Position numbers and translations under genes: made by a program | In this document: in pieces, positions 51,031 through 61,121 of the stretch | Numbering within the stretch: the first letter of the stretch is position 1 | Layout of the letters: each line of letters opens with the position of its first letter | The notes under the pieces: model-generated | The model's input: only the letters and a program-made list of their open reading frames with translations | What the model was told of the DNA's origin: nothing | Databases searched by the model: none | Origin: Basidiobolus meristosporus CBS 931.73 | Lineage: Eukaryota; Fungi; Basidiobolomycota | Direction of reading: 5' to 3' | Length of the DNA stretch: 64,000 nt | Assembly (NCBI GenBank): GCA_002104905.1 | Contig: MCFE01000319.1 | Coordinates: 32,039-96,038, forward strand

Positions 51031-52229
51031 TCACGAGTTGCCCAACTCCCGAAAAGTCACCAAACGCTCAATCATATCCCGTCGTTGGTCGACCTTTGTG
51101 CTGGGCTTTGCAAGCGGCGGCTGTTGCTTGCAGAAGCCACTGGCCACACGCTTCCCATCCCTGGGCTTCGATTTTGTACGGTCTCGCAGGCCCTGGAGAT
51201 CTTGTTGGTACTGCGAAAAGGGTAATGCCAAGTGGCACGCGTAAGCATAGTCAAGGACCTGGCTATTTACGACGAGTTTAGTTTAATAGACAATAAAAGT
51301 ATTGAAATCTAGACCGTTTACCTGTCCTTGGCTTTCACTCGCGCCTCTAGATTTTCTACGCAAGCGGGAATCCCCTGGATTTGATACGAAGCTTCCACCA
51401 AGACATTCCACAAGTGGACAACAAATTGACGTGACTATGCTCGTAAATCAAGGTGATTAGATACAGAGGTTTAGTTGAGGTATACGATTTACCAGTAGAC
51501 ATAGCTTAAACAACTACCTTCAGTTCAGTTAACCCCCAGGCTTGCAGCGTATCCTCTAAATTCTTGGGTACGGCTGGAGTTTGTTGGATCAGAGCGAGGA
51601 TTGTTTCCGAAAGGGATTCCAGAAGGGGGGATCTGATTTCCAGACAAAATGCCTGTTTGCAAATATCAACGAGTTAGCACCAAGAAGGACTTCAAACAAC
51701 GGGAAGCTGTACCTACTGCTTGAGTCAATACATAAACGTAAGGACGTATCCTACGAAAGTTGATCCTCTCCTGGCGGGGTTTTACTTGGTAGATGTTTGG
51801 AAGTTCTTGCCGCAAGAGATGTAATATCTTTTGTTTACAGTTCCAGTTGTATCTTTTCATGCGTTTTATCGTCCCTTTGGATAGCTAAACTGCCGGTCAG
51901 TACTCTCCGGAAATACGTGTACGTCGCGTAATGCTAAACAGTCGACCAACCAGATGTCGGTTTCGTTGGATCTCCAATTTGCAACTCGCTTGGTTGTATC
52001 TAGCCTGTGCCAATTGTAAGGCCTTGTCCATCGGATCGAAGTAAGAGCCTGTTGATTCCGTTACTATTGGTCTAGGGGTATCGGTGGAAGTTAAACGTAC
52101 CCACTGGTGGTTCCGAAAACACATGGGAGAGTATGTACATGGTGGGTCTAGTGCATCTGTTGGTAATCTCTCTGTTAATATGCTCGTATTATTCTCTGAG
52201 GCAAACTGTTTCTTAGTAGCACCAGACAA
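51031..52229 (-). CDS. Divergent PWI-domain protein (SRRM1/SRm160-like domain, no RS tail), ~5 exons; 5' end uncertain
   Basis: Not visible as one ORF. Splicing gives ..KQKILHLLRQELPNIYQVKPRQERINFRRIRPYVYVLTQA|AFCLEIRSPLLESLSETILALIQQTPAVPKNLEDTLQAWGLTELK|SRQFVVHLWNVLVEASYQIQGIPACVENLEARVKAKD|..ELGNS*. Compare PWI: KVNLEVIKPWI..KMMQINLTGFL..AREFMGELW.LL.SAQ....GIP. Confidence 0.65.
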
Positions 52230-52859
52230 CGAATATCTTTGGTCGTACCGCTCAAGTCATGTGACTGATGGTTCGGAAATTAGATTCCGGCATCATTGAA
52301 CTTGTTTGGTGAACTCTAAATCATACTGCATATTTTAAATGTGAACACTGGCTTTTACTTAATTATCAGATCGTGGGTTTTGATTTGGCATATTGCATGT
52401 ATGGATTCAGTGGTACCAGTCAGCCCATGAATCAGCTGTTCCTCATAAGCTAATCTCAATAATATCTTGTTTGATCTAAAGCATATTTATGAAGCAATTA
52501 ATGACTCACTAGCAACAGCATAGGTATGGTACTACAATTTGTCTTCAGATGAGGTGCAAAATATTTGAAAGGATTCAATGCAACCTTAATAAAAGACAGT
52601 TCAGGCCATCTCAAATGCAATACTTACTGAACTCCCTATGCTTCTAGTTTTGTTATAACAATCCCAATAAAAAATATCAAGCTTGGACTACATATGGTAC
52701 TTTACTAAAAATCTGCAGGTTTTTCACCACTGTTTTTTGGTAAAAATTTCCAGTATTTATATTTTGGGAGTCAGTGGGCCAACTACTATTATATTGGGTA
52801 TGAAGTGCTCTAGTTGTTGTAGGTTTGTAAGTACACCTAAATATTCTCCTTACTTGGTC

Positions 52860-53210
52860 ACTTAGATAATGTTGTAAGAGTCTTGGAGATACTGGAAGTG
52901 ATTGGGAGCACAGGTATATTATGTGGTTTTTGCTTAATGATTTACTCAATGTAAAAGTAGTATTTATAATTATACATAGACTTGGCAGGACAAGCTCATA
53001 GAATAGGTGTAGAAAGGTCCTAAGAACATTTATGCAAAGTTTGGGGCTGCTTGGACAACTTTGAGAATTCTCATGTTCTGGGTACCTGATATTCTGGTGG
53101 AAATATTTTAAGTGCCAACAAGAAATTACATCAATATTCTATAAGATTTCTAGGTAATGATCTAAGTGACTAAGTTAGGCAAATATTTAGGTGGAATGCA
53201 AATTCTTACA
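52860..53210 (+). repeat. Second copy of the decayed repeat at 23.0-24.4 kb
   Basis: Aligns by eye to the reverse complement of ~23640-24330 once the MITE is removed; CpG-free. Confidence 0.6.
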
Positions 53211-53214
53211 ACAG

Positions 53215-54441
53215 TGAGGACACTGTGCAAAGACTATTAAAAAAATTGCACCACAGATTTCTCAAAAGACTTATTCAAGATTTTTCATCACAACTACACA
53301 AAAGTGGCTTTTGATTGGTTCTCTCTCAATTCTCTCACTATCTGATCTCATACACTTAATCACCCCCCTACATGTGCATACATTAATTGGCTATTGCCTC
53401 TTTTTCATACTCTATACTTCCTGACTCAGCCAATGCTCTTACTTTTCATACATATAAATTAGTTATTTGTGTTCAATTTTCAGTTGTAAATTGATTGCCA
53501 ATTGTACTGACCTATACAAGTCCTTACACCCAATACTAACATTACGCCCTACCCCAAATGCAACAAGTTACTCCATTAAAATCTACCATTCAGCAAGTAT
53601 CTCTGCTGAACCACCCATTTTCCATCACTGTAGTGGGAACCCTATGGCTTTATGCCATTGTTCATTCACTAGTTTCCATACATCCTGGTCTTCAACTTAC
53701 ATTGCAAAGTCTAGCCCCTTAGCTTCCAGCCTTTGCAATAAACTCTTGCAATATTCAAGTGCCCTTTCTTGAGCACTGCTCTTGAAGAAGTGCTGCAACC
53801 TTTTGCTGTGCCTGTTATTGCCCCAAAATTCCACTGTAGGCATTGCAATAGACTTCTGAGATGTTGAAGTTATTCCTTTGTCTGTTAGTTTCTCTCCACT
53901 CTGTCTACAATGGAGGATGTGGAGGTAGTGGTAGGCAAATTGCTGCTCTCTGAAAACTCATCTACCTCACTGGAGTGTAGCTCAACCAGCTGCACTTCCA
54001 ATTCTTGAGAATACAGCTGCTATCTTCTTAACAAATTTTTGTGGATATTATGGGATTTACCCTGTTCTGGGCTTATGGTTTAATTGGTAAGAACCCCAGC
54101 CTTTTACTTATACTTCCCTGTCTCTGGCATGTGTAGATGTTTTCCTCTTTACCTCTTCCTTTATCACTGCCAGGTCTTTCACTGCTATTTTGTCTAAGTG
54201 CATCTTGTATTGAACTATATTTTCTCCTTGATAAATGCTGCACTGGCACATCCATTTCTACCTGCTTCTTCCTTAATTGAGCTCTTTGGGCAACTTGACA
54301 TTTCTTTGCCACTAGTATTGAGCTCTCAGCCCTGGTTGTGATGGGCTCCTGAGGAGACTTATGGTTTTTATCACTGCCAGGTCCTTCACTGCTACTTTGA
54401 CTGAATGCTTATTGAATGGAACTATACTTTTTCCTTGATTT
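53215..54441 (-). mobile_element. CCCTATG-family element, copy A (truncated)
   Basis: Co-linear with ~61210-62400 (e.g. cagatttc.caaaa, aagtggcttttgattggtt, ttgacctatacaagtc, tttatcactgccaggtc). The ORF remnant is on the minus strand. It ends where copy B begins. Confidence 0.8.
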
Positions 54442-54666
54442 CCCTATGGAAAGTGACTGTGATGATCCCATCAAGAGGCCATCACAGAATCCAAGTTCCA
54501 AGACTAAGAGGTATTGATCCCATCAGTACACTGTGCAAAGACCATTGAAAAATAATTGCGCCCCAGATTTCACAAAAAACATATTCACAACTTTCCATCA
54601 CAACAGTACATAAGTGGCTTTTGATTAGTCCTCTGCCAGCTCTCTCACTCTCCAATCCCTGACACT

Positions 54667-55012
54667 AGACTTGTTCCATTGGATAGTGCCACATTGAGCC
54701 ATGAGTGCCAAATAATGACATAGTTTGCCAGGGAGGCCTAGTGAGCCTATACTTGGCCACAGAGTGTAAAACATAGCTCTGCATCTTCATGCAAAGCAGC
54801 CCCTGAGTTTTGCCCATTGTACTGGAGAAAATCCATATTTTGACCTTTTTTTTTTGGATCAATGTTGTACATGATGTGTAAGAGCACAAAAGAATTGAAG
54901 ATATGCACCTGGTACTTAACACCCATGGCACTCTGAATCTAGCTCCTGTGGCTTGTATCATGTCACAAAAATGCATGGCACTATCTTGGTCCACTGGTAC
55001 TATCGGGCACTA
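54667..55012 (+). mobile_element. One-ended fragment of a PIF/Harbinger-like family element
   Basis: Begins AGACTTGTTCCATTGGATAGTGCCAC directly after ACT, the same TIR and target trinucleotide as the 55315 element. Contains repeated GGCACTAT/ATAGTGCC motifs. No second TIR. Confidence 0.75.
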
Positions 55013-55497
55013 TATTTAAATATTAGTCCTAAAGTAAGACCCATAGGTTTTTATTACTGCCAAGTCCTTCACTGCTACCATGACTGAGTGCTTCTTGTAT
55101 TGAGCTATGTTTCCTCCTTGATAAATACTGCATTGATACATCTGTTTCTGCCTGCCTGTCCCTTAGCAGCACTCTTCTGGCTATCTTATGTTTCTTTGTC
55201 ACTTGCTTGGAGCTTTCAGTCCTGCCTGTGACAAGCTTTCAGGGAGCCACTGGTTTTTAGCCATGAAACCCTTGTTCTTTGGCCTTTGGTAGGTTCTGCT
55301 ATTCTTGAGATACTAGACTTGTTCTGTTGGATAGTGCCACATAGTGCCAGCCTGTTTATGGTGCCGGATCAATCTGGCACTCTACGGCACTATCTGGCAC
55401 TATAATTTCTACCATGATGCCTGTGGTATGATACAGCTACTGGTAATTTTACTCAATCTTACTTATGTTGCTCAGAATAGTGCTTTCCTTGCTTTAT

Positions 55498-56382
55498 TTA
55501 CTCTTCATAATGCTCCAGACACATTTCTCTCAGTGGATGTCTTCTTGTATAAACATACTGTGCATTAATAAGTATCTTAACTATTTTACCTATTCTGCTG
55601 TTTTCTCCTATATATGACTTTCCTCTGTATTTACCTGCCAATATGCTGAATCTCTTCAGATATCCAAATGTGTGCTCTACCCTTACTCTGAAATGATTAA
55701 ATATCTCATTGTAGAGCTTCTGCTTCCTGCTAAGTACACCATTCCTTGGCTTCCTATAAGCTGTAATACATCCTAATCTCTGACAATCCTCTCCTATATA
55801 AGCTAAGTCTGCCATACATTTCTCCCCTCTACTGAATTCAGGATGATTCTCTACCCAGAGTGCTTTGTCATGCCTACTTCCAGCAAATGGCCCACTAAAC
55901 CAGATGATGTTACCCTCAATGTCAGACAGTGCTTGAAACTTCACACAGTGTGCCTTGTACTTGCCAGAATAAAAGTGTCTCTGCCCTCTAGAAGGTCTGT
56001 TAATCCTCACTGGTAAGGTATCCAAAATACTCCTGATATGGAACCTGTTGCTGAACACTCTGGGATATGGAAGTCTATTGGAGCTTCTGAACCTAGTATT
56101 CCAAGCTTGCTCAAAGTCATTCATACCCTCTGCAAGGTGGTTCTCCATTGCTGTCAGCTGGGAATGAAAGCTTCTAGGACTTTTGTTGCCATGGATGGTG
56201 GGATGAAACCTTGTAGGGCAATAGTTCTTGTAATAGCAGAGAAGCTTGACAAGGGATCTCCTTGAGTAGATTGGGGTTGATGGTCCACAGTACTTGGAAT
56301 AGATCTCCTCTAGTGTGTCAAAAGGAAATCCAGTGGTAGTGATGGGATTGATGAGAAAAGACCATTCAGATGAGTAAGTCAT
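55498..56382 (-). CDS. DDE transposase (DDE_Tnp_4; IS5/ISL2/Harbinger type), intact 294 aa
   Basis: Motifs ILDTLPVRINRP, FYSGKYKAHCVKFQ, GPFAGSRHD, MADLAYIG and NEIFNHFRVRVEHTFGYLKRFSIL; the D-D-E triad is present. Confidence 0.93.
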   Translation of the reverse strand: MTYSSEWSFLINPITTTGFPFDTLEEIYSKYCGPSTPIYSRRSLVKLLCYYKNYCPTRFHPTIHGNKSPRSFHSQLTAMENHLAEGMNDFEQAWNTRFRSSNRLPYPRVFSNRFHIRSILDTLPVRINRPSRGQRHFYSGKYKAHCVKFQALSDIEGNIIWFSGPFAGSRHDKALWVENHPEFSRGEKCMADLAYIGEDCQRLGCITAYRKPRNGVLSRKQKLYNEIFNHFRVRVEHTFGYLKRFSILAGKYRGKSYIGENSRIGKIVKILINAQYVYTRRHPLREMCLEHYEE

Positions 56383-56741
56383 ACTAAAATTGGTGGATGA
56401 TTGTATAAAGGCGGTTTGAATTGATTTGGCACAATCCGCCTTATTTATCTGATTTTTAATACATTATGGTTAAATCTCCATCAATTGCCACGTATCCCAT
56501 CATTATGTTGCAAAAATCATCCGCAAACAATGCCTTGATACTTTTATCGATGCTTTAATCATAGGTCTATAATCAAATAGGAAATCTGCGATTGATGTGA
56601 TCTGATCCGTGTCAACGCAATCCGAGATGCATCATGCATAATATATGGAGATTTCAACAATCACATTAGTTTTCATATATATATCATATAAGACCAGGTT
56701 GATGTCAATATACTGCTGTATAAGTATCCAAATCCGTTGCT

Positions 56742-57989
56742 ATGGTCCCCATACCAAGCCTCAACTCATCTTTAGTACAACCCAGACAAAACCCATCCCC
56801 CAGCTCACAAGCGCGGTCCGGACCGGAAAAGTCAATGTCGGATCCGTTTGAATTCTTGCCAAATGATTTTAGTATGGCCCAAGTGTCTATGATGAGCCTT
56901 CATACAGATATTTGGGCACTACTGATTAATCTAGCAGAACTAGATACCTCAGAGAGTCGACAAAGATGGAAGAATTTGAGTAGAAAGCTGTGGCATGAGT
57001 TCTACATCAAGATGCCAGCCAATGTATGTAAAAAGATATATAACAAGACAAGTATTGAAATCAAGAATGATCTGAGAGTGAGGGGATTTGACAAAGAAGC
57101 TGCACGGGAGTGATTTTGTGCGCAATTTGCACAGTACGGGCCGGACGCGTCTGTTTGTGCCTCAACTTTGGGAATCAAAGAGATTTTGAATGAGTTTTTG
57201 CCTCAAATGACTAATGTACTACGTGATATATTAGTAGAGCTAAGTGGCTTCCGAGAGCAATATACACAGGACTCATCCAGGCAACAGCTCCAAAGTATCA
57301 GACAGAGGGTAAGTGCATACCTTGAGGAATCAGATGGTGAGCTTCAGGAGGAAGAATACAGACCGCAAGCAACATCATCCAGATCGCGCCAGCACGCCTT
57401 GCTGGATTCCCTACCATCTCTTGCAACCACAGCGCACCGGTGCACGTCAGTCCAGAGTATGCCAACACCCTTTACCGGAACGCCCCGCCTCAAGTCAATG
57501 CGCGTTGGGTCAACGCGCGTGCTTCAGAGCAAAACTACGAGAACTCGCCAAACTGCTCATTTAGACACAAGTCCATTGGAGTGGACCAAGTCGTGTCAAC
57601 TTGCAGCATCACATCAAACTCAGCCAAGGGCCATCTCAACGCATCAAGGCGCGCCTGCGCGTGCCGTTTTGCCTGACCATCAGCAAGTTACTTCTGGTGA
57701 ACTGACTGATGATGACCAACATGAAGTGCCTCAACCACCAGAGCCCTTGGCAAGTAAAAGAATGCGTCAGCACGTGGCACTACAGGCCGGTTCAGTTGGT
57801 TCAGTCGGAGCAATTCAGCGCGGCCAAGCTGTAGCATTGCACTCATCAACTAGGAGGCAAAATACTGACTACAAATACACAAGTAGCCAAGATGATAGCC
57901 AGCCAGGAAGTAGTATAGGTGTGCAAAGTGAGTCACTACCAAATGCTTCAGTAGTAATCCCTGTGAGAAAAAAAGCCAGGAGAAGATGA
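56742..57989 (+). pseudogene. Myb/SANT (trihelix-like) accessory gene of the transposon, interrupted by one in-frame TGA
   Basis: ORFs 56742-57113 and 57168-57989 are in the same frame, with 18 open codons between them; the only break is TGA at 57111-57113. W..LINL..RQRWKNLSRKLWHEFYIKMPANVCKKIYNK fits the W..IS..L....R....C..K trihelix pattern expected for Harbinger ORF2. Confidence 0.75.
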
Positions 57990-59473
57990 TGCGATTGCTT
58001 TGAATCACTCACATTTGTAATGATCCCAACAACCCTTTTTTTTTGCGATCAGAATCAAGCCGTCGCAAATCAGTGATCATCAAATTTTTGATATAAGCAA
58101 TATCAAGGTCGTCTCACATTTGAGACAGAACCCCTATAAATAAACACCCTGCATATATATACGTCATCTGTAATACCAGTGCAGCTATTGGATCTGTTTT
58201 GCACCTACACAATTGCTTGCATGCTGGCTATGACACCTTGTCCAATCACTAGGATCAGGGATTTACTTGCTCAATGAGCAAAATGGGATATTTGATGGCA
58301 AATCAGGTAGCTTTTTTAGTAGTCAATGAGCCAATTGGGGGCTGCCAGCTTCAGGATACTTTTGGACCAATTAACCACTGAGATACCGTCCAATTGGAGT
58401 GAGGGTAACCAAAATGGTAAGTATTAGTGTAGTTTATAGTGTAATACACAGTTATTTCCATTTGCATTAAAGAAACATATCCAAATACCGGATTTTACCT
58501 GCCATAATAGTGGTATCCAATTGCGCACGTGATGCAAACATTACAAGTTGGTGCGATCATCCGTTCCAACCTCATCGTGTCAGATTGTGCCATAGTGTGT
58601 GAGATTGTCCCGCATAGTGCGAAATCGTCCAAGAACAATCCTTCCTTCTGGTAGCTATAATATCGCGCCCGATAGTTCTTTACAACCGTGGATCGCGCTG
58701 CACGCCCTGGCACGGTACAATGGAACAAGTCTACTATCTTAGCATACCAAAGCTGGCCCAAAATCTGTTTGCTTGCTTGAATCCAGGATGATTCTCATGG
58801 AACAGGTCAAGCACACTCTGCTTGGGCTTGTATTCCCAATAGCCCTACAGTATGCTGGTCTTAAGGTGATGCTGTGCTTGACTTCTAACGGCCTCTTGAG
58901 TATTAGTGCACTCTGCATCATAGCACTCAGCAGCTTCACAAATCTTGAATGTCTTTTGATTTTCAGGCTTGGATATAAACACCACAGTCTCTCCCTTCCA
59001 TACTGTGTTAGATTTTTCTGTGGGCATTATCTTTGGGTATTGTTGTTGTGCTTCAGAGACTGTATGGTGTTCCTCTGTTGTTAATCTAGGAAACTGCTCA
59101 ATTCTTGCCTGTGAGATTGAGCTACTTAGGTTCCTTCTTTGTGGCAAAATGCTGCATTCTCTACCTGGAATATTGATTGCTCTACACATATTATTCACTT
59201 ATCCTGTTTCTGGACTATTTCCTGATTTTTCTAGAACATTGCATCTATCCTATCAGCCATGTCACCTAGTTGCCTCATTGAGGCTCAGGTATGAGGTGAC
59301 AACTTACTTGCTAATACTGGTGGTGGCAATGTTATGATGGCCACTTGCAGGTCTTCAACCAAAGATACTGCATTTGGCACATTATCATCTCCCTGAGCAT
59401 TATAATTGGCATATGGCTTTGCAGAGAATCTCATTTGCCTTCTTGACTGAGAGCCTGAAGAGTCCACATTATT

Positions 59474-59794
59474 CCCTTAGAGAAAAAATTAAGAAAAGGC
59501 CAGCAAAATACAATCATAATATCAGCTGAGTTCCAAGTTTCTCAAAATTGACAACTCTCAATATCTCTGTTGTTGGCTCATGAGCAGGCAAGCAAACAAA
59601 CTCTCCAGTGGGTGATTGGGCCAGCTAGCATCCATACCAGATTTGGTAATTGACTACTCATTACTTCCATCAAAAATTGCATTTGAAATTCTGAACCAAA
59701 AACACCAGCTGAATACCATCAAAATATCATTACAATACCAGTAGAATACCAGCTGAAAATCAGCTGGATTCCAAGTTTGAGATTTTTCATAGGG
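59474..59794 (-). mobile_element. ~321-bp MITE-like element, copy 2, with 4-bp target duplication
   Basis: CCCTTAGAGAAAAA...TTTTTCATAGGG flanked by TATT (59470-73 and 59795-98). The empty site cattattaccttcagtgg is intact in copy D (~63330). Confidence 0.85.
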
Positions 59795-60134
59795 TATTAC
59801 CTTCAGTGGACATACTGTCAACAAGGCCTTTTTTGAATGTAGCCCTGCTTGTTGCACTGAATGTCAAAGCAAGCTGTTCAACCATTCTTCTGCTGCTGTC
59901 AACAGTGGGGTTTGGTTGGGAATCAGATAGGTTTGCTTTATTTTTTGAAGGCATATATGTGGATGTGAGTCAACCAATGGGGAAATAGTATTATATGTGT
60001 GTGTGTAGGTGGTGCCACAACTTTATATATAATGCTTACTATGGCAGGTCATCATTGAGACTTACACTCATGTAGGTGCATTGACAGCTGATCAGGATTG
60101 GATCCTCCTATGGGACTAGATTATTTTTCATGGG

Positions 60135-61121
60135 GCTTGCTGCAAAGAGGGAACTCAAGTTGCTCAATGTCACAGCCAAGAATTGAGGCATTTTCTAATT
60201 CAACAGCAGAGGAACACTGTACAGTCTTTGAAGCACAACAGCAATGCCTAAAGATAAAGCCCACAGAAAAACCTACCACAGCATGGGAGGGAGAAAATGT
60301 AATGTTTATACCAAAGCCTAAATATCAAATGATATTGGAGATCTGTAAAGCTGTTGAGTGCAATGATGCAGAGTGAGCTGATATTCAAGAGGCTATTCCA
60401 GATCTGGCACACCAACACCTTAAGGCCTGCATACCATGGGACCATCAGGAACTTAAGGCCAAGCAGAATGTGCATGACTTGTTCCATGAGCATTAACCTG
60501 GACTCAAACAAGCAAGCAGATTTTGGCCCAGCACTGGTATGCTAAGAAAGTATCTCCAGAGTAGCAGAAACTGCCAATGACAGAAGAATAAGGGTGCAAT
60601 GGCTAAAAATCAGCAGCTTCCTCAAGAGCCTTTTGTAAGCAGGGCTAAGAGATCCAAACAAGCATCAAAGAGACATCAGGTAGCTAGATGAGTCTCAATA
60701 TGGGAAAAGCAGGCAGACACAGTTGCACAAGCACAGCATTTATTAAGAAAAAGGTATAGATCCACAAAAGAAGAATTCAGCTAAAGTAGCTGTGATGGAC
60801 CTGGCAGTGATAAAAACCAGTAACTACCTCAGGAACCTGTCTCAGCATGGGATGGGATATCAAAACAAGCCAGAAAGAAGCATTAGATTACCTGCAAAGT
60901 GCCAGCAAGGGACAAGCAGGCCAAAACAGATTCATCCACGCAGTAGTTATTAAGGAGAAAGTGAGGTTTAATACTAGAGGAACTCAGACCAAGTAGCAGT
61001 GAAAAACATGCCAGTGAGAAAGGAAAAGGTAAAGTGAAAAAGTCTACTCATGCCAGAGTCAGGGAGGTGTGAGAAAAAAGCTGCAGTTCTTGCCAATCAA
61101 TGATGTAAGCCTGGAACAGAC
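60135..61121 (+). mobile_element. CCCTATG-family element, copy C (internal fragment, inverted orientation)
   Basis: Reverse-complement homologue of ~62030-63010 (aactcaagttgctcaatgtcacagccaagaattgag, ccatgggaccatcaggaacttaaggccaagcagaatg). Cut at the right by copy D. Confidence 0.85.

Larger units (their letters stand above)
55315..58732. mobile_element. Full-length 3,418-bp PIF/Harbinger (PHIS) superfamily DNA transposon with two divergent genes
   Basis: Left TIR AGACTTGTTCTGTTGGATAGTGCCA; right TIR (reverse complement) AGACTTGTTCCATTGTACCGTGCCA. ACT is duplicated at 55312-14 and 58733-35. Removing the element and one ACT restores the host repeat (gagatact-atcttagcatacc vs aagatact-ttcttagcatacc at ~62590). 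Confidence 0.92.
54442..60090 (-). mobile_element. CCCTATG-family element, copy B, split by three nested insertions
   Basis: Starts CCCTATGGAAAG (54442), like copy D at 61122. Host segments 54442-54666, ~55045-55314, 58733-59473 and 59795-~60090 are co-linear with copy D and separated by a TIR fragment, the PIF/Harbinger-like element and a MITE. Confidence 0.8.

Noticed and set aside
53221-53235. CACTGTGCAAAG as a CACTA-type terminus
   Set aside because: Copies B and D show homology extending ~85 bp further to CCCTATG, so CACTG is internal.
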